NCBI GenBank assembly: GCA_965223845.1
Contig: CBDCXR010000004.1
Coordinates: 4,512,001-4,576,000 of the forward strand
Source: Planctomycetota bacterium
Lineage (GTDB): Bacteria; Planctomycetota; UBA8108; SXIK01
Reading direction: 5' to 3'
DNA length: 64,000 nt
Shown: positions 17,154 to 27,031 of the stretch, in pieces
Layout: the number at the start of each line of letters is the position of its first letter
Position numbering within the stretch: position 1 is the first letter of the stretch
Notes under the pieces: generated by a model
The model's database searches: none
Seen by the model: the letters and a program-made list of their open reading frames with translations, nothing else
What the model was told of the DNA's origin: nothing
Position numbers and translations under genes: made by a program

Positions 17154-17656
17154 TCCTCGACCTCCGCAGCGAGTCGCGTACGCAGCGCATCGAGCGCGTA
17201 GCGGTAACGCGATTTCGCGGTGGCAACGGGGATTTCGAGAAGAGATCCAATTGCGCCAAACGTGAGCTCTCCCCACACTCGGAGCACGAGCGCTTCGCGC
17301 TGCTCGGCCGGAAGCGCGTCTAGCGCGGCTTCCACTCGAGCGCGGAACTCGTCGTCTTCGGGGCCAGGCGCCGCCTCCTCGAAGAGCTGCCGATCGGTCG
17401 GCACACGCTCGGCCCGCTCGCGTCGTGCGAGGCTCCGCCGGTGATTCAGCGCGGCGTTTCGGACCGCGCGATAGAGATACGGCAGCGGTTCGTCGACTCG
17501 AGCGATACGCCGGCGGTAGCAGTTCACGAACGCGTCCTGGACCACGTCCTCGGCGTCCGCTCGATCGCGTACCCACTGCGATGCGTAGAGCACGAGTCGG
17601 CGACCGTGGTCGCGGAACAATTCGGTGAACTCTCTACGGCGTCGATCCGCTCCCAA
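17150..17656 (-). CDS. ECF RNA polymerase sigma-70 factor
   Basis: DAEDVVQDAF, YLYRAVRNAALN, LPAEQREALVLR, GELTFGAIG...TAKSRYRYAL. Confidence 0.93.
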   Translation of the reverse strand: MGADRRRREFTELFRDHGRRLVLYASQWVRDRADAEDVVQDAFVNCYRRRIARVDEPLPYLYRAVRNAALNHRRSLARRERAERVPTDRQLFEEAAPGPEDDEFRARVEAALDALPAEQREALVLRVWGELTFGAIGSLLEIPVATAKSRYRYALDALRTRLAAEVEE

Positions 17657-17743
17657 CGATTCGTCGGCTCCTTGGCATGGCTTCAGCTCCGGCCGTCGAG
17701 CGCGGCTGACCGCTCACACCGAGGACGAGGCTTTCGATGAAGA

Positions 17744-17770
17744 AGACACCGCTCGATCACGAATGGATTC
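17744..17770 (-). promoter_or_regulatory. Possible ECF-type (autoregulatory) promoter
   Basis: Minus strand GAATCC-N16-TGTCT about 90 nt upstream of the ECF start; resembles ECF -35/-10 spacing but is a short motif. Confidence 0.3.
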
Positions 17771-17814
17771 AAGAGAATCTCCGCCTCGCGCGGTGGAGGG
17801 ATCGACGGGGGGAT

Positions 17815-20316
17815 CTAGCGACCCGGCGTTCCCCCCTCGACCGCGCTCGGCCGCCAGCGATTCGCCTCGGCCGCGTCATCCGCACCGCCGGCACGCTCGA
17901 GAGACCTACCCGTGCCGTCCGCGCCACGAGTTGCCCCGGCGGCGTCGGCTCCGTAGGTGACGGAACACATCGCAACTCCCCGTCGGTTGACGAGCTGAAC
18001 GCGCTCGCCTTCGTTCGCGAGATGGCCGCGATACGTCCCCGCGATCTCTGCGCCGGGATACCGCGCACGAAACGCGGCAGGGTCGTCGTTCGGGACGAGC
18101 AGGAGACGCTGACGCGGTGCGATGACACTACCCGGCGGGAAGTGATAGTCCACGCCGCTCAGATACGCGCCGGTGAGCTCGATCGATGCCGCGGACGGAT
18201 TCTCGATCTCGATGAACTCGAACTCCTCGCCTTCCGTCGGTTGATACATGATCTCGCTGAACCGAAGCGGCGAGGTCGTCGTCCCGATGAGAACGAGCTG
18301 ATCGAGGAGCGCGCTCCACTCTTCGCCGACGCGAACTCTCGCGCGCACGCGAGCGGTTTCCCTGAGCTCGAAGCTCACCTGTCGCGCGCGGATGCCGCGC
18401 CGTCGAGACGGACGTCCTCGCTCCGGCTCGCGCGGATCGGAGCCGTCGATCGAGTAGGAGACCGCACCGCGACGGTTCGGATTGCGAAGGACGACGCGCA
18501 CTGCCGCCGTCGTCTCGCTCTCACTCTCGAGCGACGAAATTTCGATCGCCGGGGGATCGATCGAAGGGAAGTACCCTCGCTCGCGGAGTGCCCGGACGAA
18601 ACGGGCGACGTTTCTCTGCAGGATCTTCGCGATCGCGTCGCGACTCGGGCGCCAGTTTTGCTCCCGGGTTCGGGGGTCGTCTTCCTGTCCCCAGGCGGAA
18701 TCACCCCACCGTGCGGACTCGGCGACGATCGGTCCTTCGATCGCATCGGCGAGCGAGCGGAAGCGCGCCCCCATCGCGCGATCGCTGAGGGCTCCGGCGC
18801 GAAAGCAGTGTTTCTGAACGCGATCCGCGAACCGAAGGAGAAACTCGGGATCCTCCGCGAGCGTGAGCCAAATGCGCGAAATCGGGATCCGGCCCGACGA
18901 AAAGAGCGGATGCACCCAGGCGCCCGGGTGCGAATAGTGATAGTCGACCGTCCAGAACGCCAGCTCCGCGTCCCAGGAGTGGAAACGCAGCTTTCCCGCG
19001 GGCTTCGTGCGACCGCCGACGTACCAATTGTTGTACGGCCAGTCCCCAGTGCCGGAGTACCAGTTGAGAAGGACGTAGTCGCAAAACGCGTCCAGGTCGA
19101 GGAGCTCTTCGATCGTTCGACGGCGCGCGTCCGGGTCTCCCCCGCGAAGCATCACGGTCTCGAGCAGCCGATTCCACCGCGAGGCGTCACCCGCGACGAC
19201 CCCGCCGTGATTGACGACGCCGTAGTCGGTTTCCTGGCCGCCGAGGTAGGCCGCCAAGAACTTCGCGTCCGGTCGCTCCGTAATGTTGTAGAGACCGAAG
19301 TAGAGGCCGTTCACATAGAGGTGGACGAAGATCCCACGCGCGCCGAGCCCGGTCATCGCGATCTCCGAGTCGCGAACGAGCTGATCCCGCAGGTACGCGC
19401 TCGGCGCGTGCTTGTACGCGAGCTCCTTCGACCAGTTCGTGTTGCCGCCCGCTCGGAGGACGACGGTGTCGAATCGCTCGACTGCGGAATGAGCGTGGTG
19501 AACGGCGCTCTCGAAGAGCGGATACTCGAGCTTGCCGCTCCCGTGCTCCTTCTTGAAGAGAAGCCGAAACGATTTTTTTCGCGCCTGGTCCGCGGCGAGA
19601 CCACCCTGCATGCGAAACCCACAGTCCGCCTGAAAGCCGCGAAACTGAGCGTAGCGCTCTCGCTCAGGGTACATCAGCTCCACCGACGCGCTCCGTTCCC
19701 AATCGGCGCCGCGCCGGCGGTGGTTCGTGTAGAGATCGTTGAAGTCCTCGCGCGCGAGCGCGATCGATAAGCTCGGCAGCTCGGTGAGATGAGTCGCGAG
19801 ATCACCGCTCGCCGGGTCACCGAGGACCTCGGGGTCCATCGCGTAGTCGAACGTCAATTCGCGCGAGCGCTGCCGCACCGACCGGAACGACGTGATGTAA
19901 CCAGCCGGAAGCGCGGGCTGCGCGGCGACGGTGCGGGGAAGCACGAACGTGTGCGTCGTCGGTGCGGGCGCCGACTCCGAATCGCTTCCGTACGCGACGG
20001 CCCGCACGACGGTCGTTCGCGTAATCTTGATCGGCTTCGCGTAGCGCGCACCGAAGCTCGCCGTCGGCGCGCTTCCGTCTGTCGTGTAGCGAATCGTGTC
20101 CGTAGGATTCGGCGATGCGAGCGTAAGGAGGAACGGCGCGTCTCGGAAGCCGCGCGTCTCGCTGAACCGGACTGTGTCCGCGCGAGCTCGCTCTTGAACG
20201 GCGCTCGACATCAAGGCGAGCGCGAGTGCGATCAGGGCGCGCCCGCCACGGGCCGGGGTCGCTCGTCTCCCCCCGAGGCTCGGGTTCGCGCACCGCGTCG
20301 CTCGCCGATCGTCCAT
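17815..20316 (-). CDS. CotH kinase family protein with Fn3-associated/chitobiase-like and lamin-tail domains
   Basis: IRYTTDGSAP, KKSFRLLFK, YLRDQL, VHLYVNGLYFGLYNITER, DWPYNNW, WDAE, AESARWGD; lamin tail FSEIMYQP...EFIEIEN...LANEGE. Confidence 0.88.
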   Translation of the reverse strand: MDDRRATRCANPSLGGRRATPARGGRALIALALALMSSAVQERARADTVRFSETRGFRDAPFLLTLASPNPTDTIRYTTDGSAPTASFGARYAKPIKITRTTVVRAVAYGSDSESAPAPTTHTFVLPRTVAAQPALPAGYITSFRSVRQRSRELTFDYAMDPEVLGDPASGDLATHLTELPSLSIALAREDFNDLYTNHRRRGADWERSASVELMYPERERYAQFRGFQADCGFRMQGGLAADQARKKSFRLLFKKEHGSGKLEYPLFESAVHHAHSAVERFDTVVLRAGGNTNWSKELAYKHAPSAYLRDQLVRDSEIAMTGLGARGIFVHLYVNGLYFGLYNITERPDAKFLAAYLGGQETDYGVVNHGGVVAGDASRWNRLLETVMLRGGDPDARRRTIEELLDLDAFCDYVLLNWYSGTGDWPYNNWYVGGRTKPAGKLRFHSWDAELAFWTVDYHYSHPGAWVHPLFSSGRIPISRIWLTLAEDPEFLLRFADRVQKHCFRAGALSDRAMGARFRSLADAIEGPIVAESARWGDSAWGQEDDPRTREQNWRPSRDAIAKILQRNVARFVRALRERGYFPSIDPPAIEISSLESESETTAAVRVVLRNPNRRGAVSYSIDGSDPREPERGRPSRRRGIRARQVSFELRETARVRARVRVGEEWSALLDQLVLIGTTTSPLRFSEIMYQPTEGEEFEFIEIENPSAASIELTGAYLSGVDYHFPPGSVIAPRQRLLLVPNDDPAAFRARYPGAEIAGTYRGHLANEGERVQLVNRRGVAMCSVTYGADAAGATRGADGTGRSLERAGGADDAAEANRWRPSAVEGGTPGR

Positions 20317-20600
20317 GTCGTCCGTCCCAGCTTCGGTCTCCGACTATCGCGTCATCGTACCTCGCCGAGAGCCGTTCGCCAGCGGCGGCAGGAAGTTGCG
20401 CTTCTCAGCCTGGATCATTCATGAACACCGTGACGAGAGCGCGGAGGCGCCCGCCTGGCGAGGCACCGGATCGGGTTCGACCGGAGGCGAGTGTTTCACT
20501 CTGTAGGTGTTCACCCACCCCGGATCGAATCCGATTCGGTACCACCGTCCGGGCGGGATGCATACGTGCTCGCAGTCGGTGGCTCGTGAACCATTCGGGC

Positions 20601-21815
20601 TCAGAGCTCGAAGTCGACGAACCGCGGCCGGCACGCCGTGTCGTACGCTACGCGCATCCGGCGATCTCGCGGAAAAAACTGAAGCGTCGCGGTTGTGTAC
20701 CAGTAGGAACCGTGCGTGCAGATCGTCGCGTCACCCGGCTCGTTCTCCGGTCCGTGGTCGGCGAGAATCCGCTCGAGATCGTTCGCACTCAACCGCTCGT
20801 CGCCATCGAACAGATCCGCGAAGCGACGGTCCCGGAGATCGGACGAATCGTGGACCCGTCGTCCTCGGAGCGCGCGCGGTGAGCGACCGGCGAACACGGT
20901 GTCGTCGTCCACTTCGACGTCGCTCAGCAAGCCGGCACGAAATCGATTCGTGTGGAAGAGGTGATCGGCACCTCGCGTCGGACACCGGACCGCGTGCTTG
21001 GAGTTTGACAGCTCGAGCGACGCGATGTCTCCGCTCGCGTCGGCGAGCATGAGAATGCCGCCGCCCCACCGCGGAAAAGAACCGAGAAAGTCGACGGCCT
21101 CTGCGACCGTACGGCATCGCGCGAGCGCGGCCGAAATCGCCATCGAGATCGACGGCCCAAAGCGGGCGCAGTCCCGCACGTACGCGTAGTCGTACGTGAT
21201 TGTTAGACCGTTCTCGTTCATTCCGTCGACGGCACCCGCGAGCGGCGCGATCGTGAACTCGAGCGACCGAAACCCCTCTCGCGGCCGGCACTCACGCACG
21301 GCGTAGTAGGGCTGAATGAGAGGAAGATAGTCGAAGTTCCGCGCGACGATCGGCGACTCGGTCGACGACCGGCGGCCGCGCACCGCCACCGCGCAGCACG
21401 CCCCGGGCGGCGGAACGATCGCCTTGCCGTCGAGATCGGCGATCCAGGGCTCGAGCGCGTTCAGGAGCCGGATCGACTTCGAGCTCAGGCCCGCTCCGGC
21501 GGCGATCCCGTCGAGACGGTGAGCGTGTGCCGGTGAGATGCGGTCGAGGATCGACCAAAGCCGCCCGATCCTTCGCTCGGCGATCCTCCGAAACACCCCG
21601 AACGGGATCCACATCGGCTTGGCGCGGCGAAAGACCTCGAGTCCGCGGAGAGAGGAAAGCGTGCCGGCGATCTTCTCGCTGAGTGCCTCGCCTTGCCTCG
21701 CACCCATCTCGAACGCATCGCCGCTGCAGACGACGTCGAGCACGGGAGTCGAGCTCGCTTCGCGCGCTTCGATCGGATTCGTAGCCCCGCGAGACGAGGC
21801 CGTCGCAACAGTCAT
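20601..21815 (-). CDS. C45 family autoproteolytic acyltransferase/hydrolase (Ntn hydrolase)
   Basis: ATG at 21815 with GGAGGAG RBS; GDAFEMGARQG, G-A-C(C) nucleophile site, IVARNFDY, DGMNENGL, LADASG, HTN. Confidence 0.85.
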   Translation of the reverse strand: MTVATASSRGATNPIEAREASSTPVLDVVCSGDAFEMGARQGEALSEKIAGTLSSLRGLEVFRRAKPMWIPFGVFRRIAERRIGRLWSILDRISPAHAHRLDGIAAGAGLSSKSIRLLNALEPWIADLDGKAIVPPPGACCAVAVRGRRSSTESPIVARNFDYLPLIQPYYAVRECRPREGFRSLEFTIAPLAGAVDGMNENGLTITYDYAYVRDCARFGPSISMAISAALARCRTVAEAVDFLGSFPRWGGGILMLADASGDIASLELSNSKHAVRCPTRGADHLFHTNRFRAGLLSDVEVDDDTVFAGRSPRALRGRRVHDSSDLRDRRFADLFDGDERLSANDLERILADHGPENEPGDATICTHGSYWYTTATLQFFPRDRRMRVAYDTACRPRFVDFEL

Positions 21816-21857
21816 GAACTCCTCCCTCACACGGGACCCTCCTCCGAGACCTCGACA

Positions 21858-21871
21858 GCGAACGCCGTACC
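21858..21871 (-). promoter_or_regulatory. Putative sigma54 (-24/-12) promoter for the C45 gene
   Basis: Minus strand GG-TACGGCGTTC-GC (GG-N10-GC), 43 nt upstream of the C45 ATG and divergent from a bEBP gene. Confidence 0.55.
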
Positions 21872-22103
21872 GCGCGCCGGAATCGACCGAGAATCGTTCC
21901 CGTAACTCGGGTGCTGAGGACGCGCTTGGCCGGTGCGATCGGTACCGCGAACTCCTTCTCGTACTTGGAGTTCGACCGCGCGCCGGCTTCGAAAGTCCGC
22001 CGAGCGCCGGGCCCCGTGGAATGTCGATCGGAGAGCATCGAAGGCCCGCTACAATCGCTGTCGTGTGAGGGACATCTTCTGCAGGCACGATGAGGAGTCG
22101 GCG

Positions 22104-23642
22104 ATGGCTCTCTTCCCGGCGGCAAGCGCGAGGAAAGTCGAGGCTTTCGTCGAGCTGGCGTTCTGCAACCCGTTCCTCGCGAGGCGCATCGACCTCGAGC
22201 GCAAGATCCTCGGACCGACCACGGTCGGCGATCACGCCGTGATGCACAACCTCGCCGGTCTTTCCGTCGAGGATGCGTTTCCGCACCTCGCCCGACTCAG
22301 CGAAGAGGCACTCTCGATCGCGCGCGCTGCGCGAACGAAGCTCCTCGAGCGCGTCGCCGCGAGCGATCGCGAGCTCGATCTCTACCAGCACCTCGCCCTC
22401 TACTGTCTCTACTCGCACGCGGCCGTACGGGCGGGCGAGGAATCGTCCGGCCGTTCGTTCGCCGCGCACTGGGAGAAGTTCGAGGCAGACTTCGCTTTTT
22501 TTCTGCGACTTCCCGGTCGATCCTTCGAGCGGGAGGACGACCCCGCGCACGTCCTCGCGTGCTCCGTCCAGATCCGCCGCGCGTTTCGCAATGTGTTCAA
22601 TTACGTCGTCGGCGCGTCCACGCCCGTAGCGCGGCTCCGCGCGGCGGTGTGGGAATCGATCTTCACTCACGACCTCCGTCGCTACGGGCGAGCGCTCTTC
22701 GAAACGCTTCCCCGCGTACCCACCCTGATCACCGGACAATCCGGCACGGGAAAAGAGCTCGTCGCGAAGGCGATCGCGCTCTCGCGATACGTCCCGTTCG
22801 ATTCCGACGAGAAGCAGTTCGCGCGAGAGAACGGTCGCCTCGTCTCGGTCAATCTTTCCGCGCTCGCCCCGACGCTCGTCGAGTCCGAGCTCTTCGGTCA
22901 CGTCAAGGGTGCATTCACCGGCGCCGTGCGCGATCGCGACGGTCGACTCGCGGAGTGCGGCGAGCTCGGGTCGGTGTTCCTCGATGAAATCGGCGAGCTC
23001 GATCTCGCCATCCAAGTGAAGCTGCTTCGCGTCCTCCAGGAGCGTCGCTACCAGCGGCTGGGTGAAGGCGAGGACCGCACCTTCAACGCCAAGATTCTCG
23101 CGGCCACGAACCGCGATCTCGCCATCGAGATGGCGGAAGGACGATTCCGCGAGGATCTCTACTACCGCCTCTGCGGCGACGTCGTTCGCACGCCGTCTCT
23201 CCGCGAGCAGCTCGACGATGCGCCGGACGATCTCCCGAGCATGGTGCGCTACATCTTGAGCGATCAACATCTCGTCGTCGACGAAGTGGAGCGCGAGAGC
23301 ATCGCGAACGAGGTCGTCTCGTTCATCGAGACCGAGCTGCCCGGCGACTATCCCTGGCCCGGCAACTTCCGCGAGCTCGAGCAGTGCGTGCGAAACATCC
23401 TCATCCGGCGCGAGTATCGCCCGGTGACTCGAGCCCCCTCGGCACCAGGTGACTCCGACGCAGACTCCTACGTCGCACGGCTCCGGCGCGGCGAACTCTC
23501 TTCGGATGAGCTCGTTCGGGAGTACTACACCCTCGTCTACAAAAAAACGGGAAGCTACAAGGCCGCCGCGCGTGTCCTCGAAATCGACTGGCGCACGGTT
23601 CGCGACAAGGTCGATCCCGCCGCTCTCGATTCGGACGCTTAG
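22104..23642 (+). CDS. Sigma54-dependent transcriptional activator (bEBP) with unrecognised N-terminal domain
   Basis: GQSGTGKE, ESELFGHVKGAFTGA, VFLDEIGEL, AATNRDL, GRFREDLYYRL, WPGNFRELEQ, C-terminal HTH; GAGGAG RBS. Confidence 0.92.
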   Translation: MALFPAASARKVEAFVELAFCNPFLARRIDLERKILGPTTVGDHAVMHNLAGLSVEDAFPHLARLSEEALSIARAARTKLLERVAASDRELDLYQHLALYCLYSHAAVRAGEESSGRSFAAHWEKFEADFAFFLRLPGRSFEREDDPAHVLACSVQIRRAFRNVFNYVVGASTPVARLRAAVWESIFTHDLRRYGRALFETLPRVPTLITGQSGTGKELVAKAIALSRYVPFDSDEKQFARENGRLVSVNLSALAPTLVESELFGHVKGAFTGAVRDRDGRLAECGELGSVFLDEIGELDLAIQVKLLRVLQERRYQRLGEGEDRTFNAKILAATNRDLAIEMAEGRFREDLYYRLCGDVVRTPSLREQLDDAPDDLPSMVRYILSDQHLVVDEVERESIANEVVSFIETELPGDYPWPGNFRELEQCVRNILIRREYRPVTRAPSAPGDSDADSYVARLRRGELSSDELVREYYTLVYKKTGSYKAAARVLEIDWRTVRDKVDPAALDSDA

Positions 23643-23801
23643 ACCGGTGCTCCTACGAACAATACCGGAATTCAGATCGCGGCTCGAAGTCGCTCCCCCG
23701 CTCGTCGAGAGATCCGCTCGTTCGTCTTCGTTGCTTATCGACCGCTCATGGTGCACGATGCCCGGGCGTGAGGGACGCACCGCCTCGGATACCATTCATC
23801 G

Positions 23802-26800
23802 ATGATTCGTTGGTTCGCCAACAACTCGATCGCCGCCAATTTTCTCATGGTGGGGATCCTCCTCGCGGGCTTCTACACCGCGTTCTTTCGCATCCCTCTC
23901 GAGGTGACCCCCTCGAAGAGCTACAACGGCATTCGGATCGCGATGCCGTATCGGGGCGCGACGGCGAAGGACGTCGAGCGTGACATCCTGATCCCGATCG
24001 AGAACTCCCTCGAGGGAGTCGAAGGGATCAAGATGCTCCACGCCGACGGCAGTCGCGGCTACGGGCAGATCTGGATCGAGGCGAAGGACGGCTACGATCC
24101 AAAGGAGCTCCTCGACGTCGTCGAAGCGCGCGTCGACGCAATCACATCCTTTCCGAGCGAGACGGAGCGCCCGCGGATCCACGTGCCGGATTCGTCGGAG
24201 TGGATGGAGGTGCTGACCGTCGCGGTGACCGCGCGGCTTCCGGCCGACGACCTCCGCCGGCTCGCGCGCCGAGTTCAGGAGGATCTCCTCGAGATTCCCG
24301 GCATCAGCCGCGTGAACCTCGAAGGGACGCGAAACCACGAGATCGCGATCGAAGCGGGAATCGATCGTCTCGAAGCCTACGACCTCGGCTTCCGCGAGCT
24401 CGCCGAGGCCATCCGCCGCTCCTCGGTCGACCTTCCGGCGGGCGCGATCCGAAGCGAGAGCGGGACGCTCGTCGTCCGGACTCGGGGCCAGGCCTACACG
24501 ACCGAGGACTTCGAGGCGATCCCCGTTCGCGCAGCGAGCGGGGCGGAAGTTCTTCTCGGCGAAATCGCGACGGTGAAGGACGGCTTCGAAGAGGGCGACA
24601 AGCGCGTCGCGTTCAACGGCCAACCCGCGATCTTCCTCGAAGTCATGCGGGCCGGAAACGAAAGCGCGATCGACATCTCGAAGAAAGTCGCGGCTTACGT
24701 CGACGCGGCGCCGACGCGGTTCCCCGAGGGCATCGCGCTCTTCATCTGGGACGACGAATCGATCCGCATCCGCGGACGGCTGAGCACGCTCGCGTGGTCG
24801 CTCGTTCAGGGCGGCCTTCTCGTCTTCGCCATCCTCGGACTGTTCCTCCGCCCGCGTCTCGCGTTCTGGGTCATGATGGGGATCCCGGTGAGCTTCGCGG
24901 GTGGGGTTCTCCTCATGCCGACGTTCGGCCTGACTGCGAACCTAACGAGCCTCTTCGGATTCATGCTCGTGCTCGGACTCGTCGTCGACGACGCGATCGT
25001 CACGGGAGAGAACATCTACTCTCGCGCGCGCGACGGCTTGGATCCGCTCGAGGCTTCCGTTCGCGGAACGAAGGAAGTCGCCGTACCGGTGACCTTCGGC
25101 GCCCTGACGACGGTCGTCGCGTTTCTACCTCTCCTCTACTTTGAGGGCTGGTGGGGAGATTTTGCGAAGCAGATCCCGCCGGTCGTCGCTCCGGTTCTCC
25201 TTTTCTCGCTCATCGAGTCGAAGCTGATCCTCCCGTCGCACCTCAAGCACTTGAAGGTGCGACGCACACAGCTGAACGCCTTCGATCGATTTCAAAAGAG
25301 ATTCGCGAGCAGCCTCGAGTGGTTCGTCGCCAACGTGTATCAACCCAGCCTTCGCATCGCCGTGCGCTACCGCACCGCGGTCCTCGCCGGTTTCGTGGCC
25401 GCGGGCCTTCTGATCGCGGGATACTGCAAGGGAGGGCGAATGGGATTCATCTCCCTCCCCGAGGTCGATCGCCCGCGAGTCTCCGCGTGGCTCGACCTTC
25501 CGGATGACACCCCAACCGAAACGACGCACGCGTACGTGGACCGGATCGCAGCCGCGATCGAAGGTCTCAAGAGCGAATTCGTCGATCCCGGAACGGGGGA
25601 ATCGCTGATCGTCAACATCATGAAGGTGGGATGTGCGTACTACGCCGGCGCTGACTTCGACAACTCGCGCGGCATGGTCGCCGTCGAGTTGATGCCTCCG
25701 AGCCTCCGCACGGGACGCGGAGCGCGGAACAGCGAAATCGTGAAGCGCTGGAACGACGTCGTCGGCAAAATTCCCGAGGCGAATTCCTTCGTGATTCGCA
25801 GCGAGAGCATGGGCGGAAAGCCGCGCCGGGGCGACTACATGGAGGAGGCGCTCGAGCTCGAGATTCGCGGTGTCGCGTCGGAGGAGAAGAATGCGATCGC
25901 CGAGCGCGTCGCCGATCTCATCGAATCGAAGGAAGGCATCCGGACGGCGTGGGCGCGGGTGAATCACGGTCAAGACGAGCTCGAGTTTAGGCTGAAACCG
26001 CGCGCGCTCGAGCTCGGCCTCACGCAGCGACAGCTAGCGCAGCAGATTCGTCAGGCGTTCTACGGGGAGGAGGCGCAGCGTCTCCTTCGCGACTCGAGCG
26101 AGATTCGCGTCATGGTGCGCCTTCCGCGCGAGGCGCGAGAGTCGCTCGACACCCTCGATCGAATCCGCGTGCGGACGCCGGGCGGCGCCGAGGTGCCGCT
26201 CGCCACCGTCGCCGATGTGGCGTTCGTCAAGGCGCCGTCGTTCGTCGAACGAAACGACCGTGCGGAGGTCGTCCGCATCGGCGCGATGCCGGAGGACGAG
26301 ACGGTCGACATCGTCGGAATCGCCAAGGCGGCGGTTCCGGAAATTCAGGAGATCGTCAGCGAGGGAAAGGGGCTCTCGTTCGTGTTTCGCGGTTACGTCG
26401 CGGAGTACGACGAGTCGCGACGGCGAACGATCATCGGCTTCGTCGCGCTCCTCTTCGCGCTCTACGCGCTCCTTGCGATTCCGTTCAAGTCGCTCCTTCA
26501 GCCGCTCTACGTCCTCGTCGCCGTTCCGTTCGGCATCATCGGCGCGCTTCTCGGCCACATGGCGATGGGCATCACACCGTCCTACCTGTCGGTGTTCGGA
26601 ATGCTCGCCGTCTCGGGCATCGTCGTCAACGACGCGCTCGTGCTCGTCGATTACATCAACCGGCGTCGAAAAGCGGGCGTCTCCCTGCACGACGCCGTGC
26701 TCGAGGCCGGTGGTCGACGCTTCAGGCCGATCGTCCTCACGTCGCTCACGACGTTCGTCGGGCTCGTGCCTCTCCTCCTCGACCGCTCGCTCCAGGCGCA

Positions 26801-27011
26801 GTTTCTCATCCCGATGGCGACGACCCTCGGATCCGGTATCCTCGTCGCGACGGGAATCACTCTCTACTTAATCCCCTGCACTCTGATCGTCGCCGAGGAC
26901 ATCGGGCGAGGGTGGCGACGCGTCGCGGATTGGTACTGCCGCCCGTTTCGCCGGTCGGTCGACGATCTCTCGAAACCCGCTTCCCACGCCGGTGAGGGCG
27001 TTGCGCGGTGA
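23802..27011 (+). CDS. RND family efflux transporter permease (AcrB/AcrD/AcrF)
   Basis: 1069 aa; AANFLM, GLVVDDAIVTGEN, GIVVNDALVL, RFRPIVLTSLTT, QAQFLIPMA. Confidence 0.93.
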   Translation: MIRWFANNSIAANFLMVGILLAGFYTAFFRIPLEVTPSKSYNGIRIAMPYRGATAKDVERDILIPIENSLEGVEGIKMLHADGSRGYGQIWIEAKDGYDPKELLDVVEARVDAITSFPSETERPRIHVPDSSEWMEVLTVAVTARLPADDLRRLARRVQEDLLEIPGISRVNLEGTRNHEIAIEAGIDRLEAYDLGFRELAEAIRRSSVDLPAGAIRSESGTLVVRTRGQAYTTEDFEAIPVRAASGAEVLLGEIATVKDGFEEGDKRVAFNGQPAIFLEVMRAGNESAIDISKKVAAYVDAAPTRFPEGIALFIWDDESIRIRGRLSTLAWSLVQGGLLVFAILGLFLRPRLAFWVMMGIPVSFAGGVLLMPTFGLTANLTSLFGFMLVLGLVVDDAIVTGENIYSRARDGLDPLEASVRGTKEVAVPVTFGALTTVVAFLPLLYFEGWWGDFAKQIPPVVAPVLLFSLIESKLILPSHLKHLKVRRTQLNAFDRFQKRFASSLEWFVANVYQPSLRIAVRYRTAVLAGFVAAGLLIAGYCKGGRMGFISLPEVDRPRVSAWLDLPDDTPTETTHAYVDRIAAAIEGLKSEFVDPGTGESLIVNIMKVGCAYYAGADFDNSRGMVAVELMPPSLRTGRGARNSEIVKRWNDVVGKIPEANSFVIRSESMGGKPRRGDYMEEALELEIRGVASEEKNAIAERVADLIESKEGIRTAWARVNHGQDELEFRLKPRALELGLTQRQLAQQIRQAFYGEEAQRLLRDSSEIRVMVRLPREARESLDTLDRIRVRTPGGAEVPLATVADVAFVKAPSFVERNDRAEVVRIGAMPEDETVDIVGIAKAAVPEIQEIVSEGKGLSFVFRGYVAEYDESRRRTIIGFVALLFALYALLAIPFKSLLQPLYVLVAVPFGIIGALLGHMAMGITPSYLSVFGMLAVSGIVVNDALVLVDYINRRRKAGVSLHDAVLEAGGRRFRPIVLTSLTTFVGLVPLLLDRSLQAQFLIPMATTLGSGILVATGITLYLIPCTLIVAEDIGRGWRRVADWYCRPFRRSVDDLSKPASHAGEGVAR

Positions 27012-27031
27012 GCGCCATCGATCGATGGCGC
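27012..27031. repeat. Perfect 20-bp palindrome immediately after the RND stop
   Basis: GCGCCATCGATCGATGGCGC equals its own reverse complement. Confidence 0.7.

Noticed and set aside
17154-17576. 141-aa N-terminal extension of the serpin ORF
   Set aside because: Arg-rich off-frame read-through of the sigma gene; the ATGA overlap sets the start at 17153.
17737-19770. Long antisense ORFs (677 aa here; also 36045..38066, 54261..55682, 60997..62337, 30261..31577)
   Set aside because: Shadow frames expected from high-GC codon bias opposite well-supported genes; no motifs or RBS.
20601-23795. 1064-aa minus-strand ORF that looks like a large fusion protein
   Set aside because: The 5' two-thirds is the stop-free antisense of the bEBP gene; the real C45 gene starts at 21815 with its own RBS.
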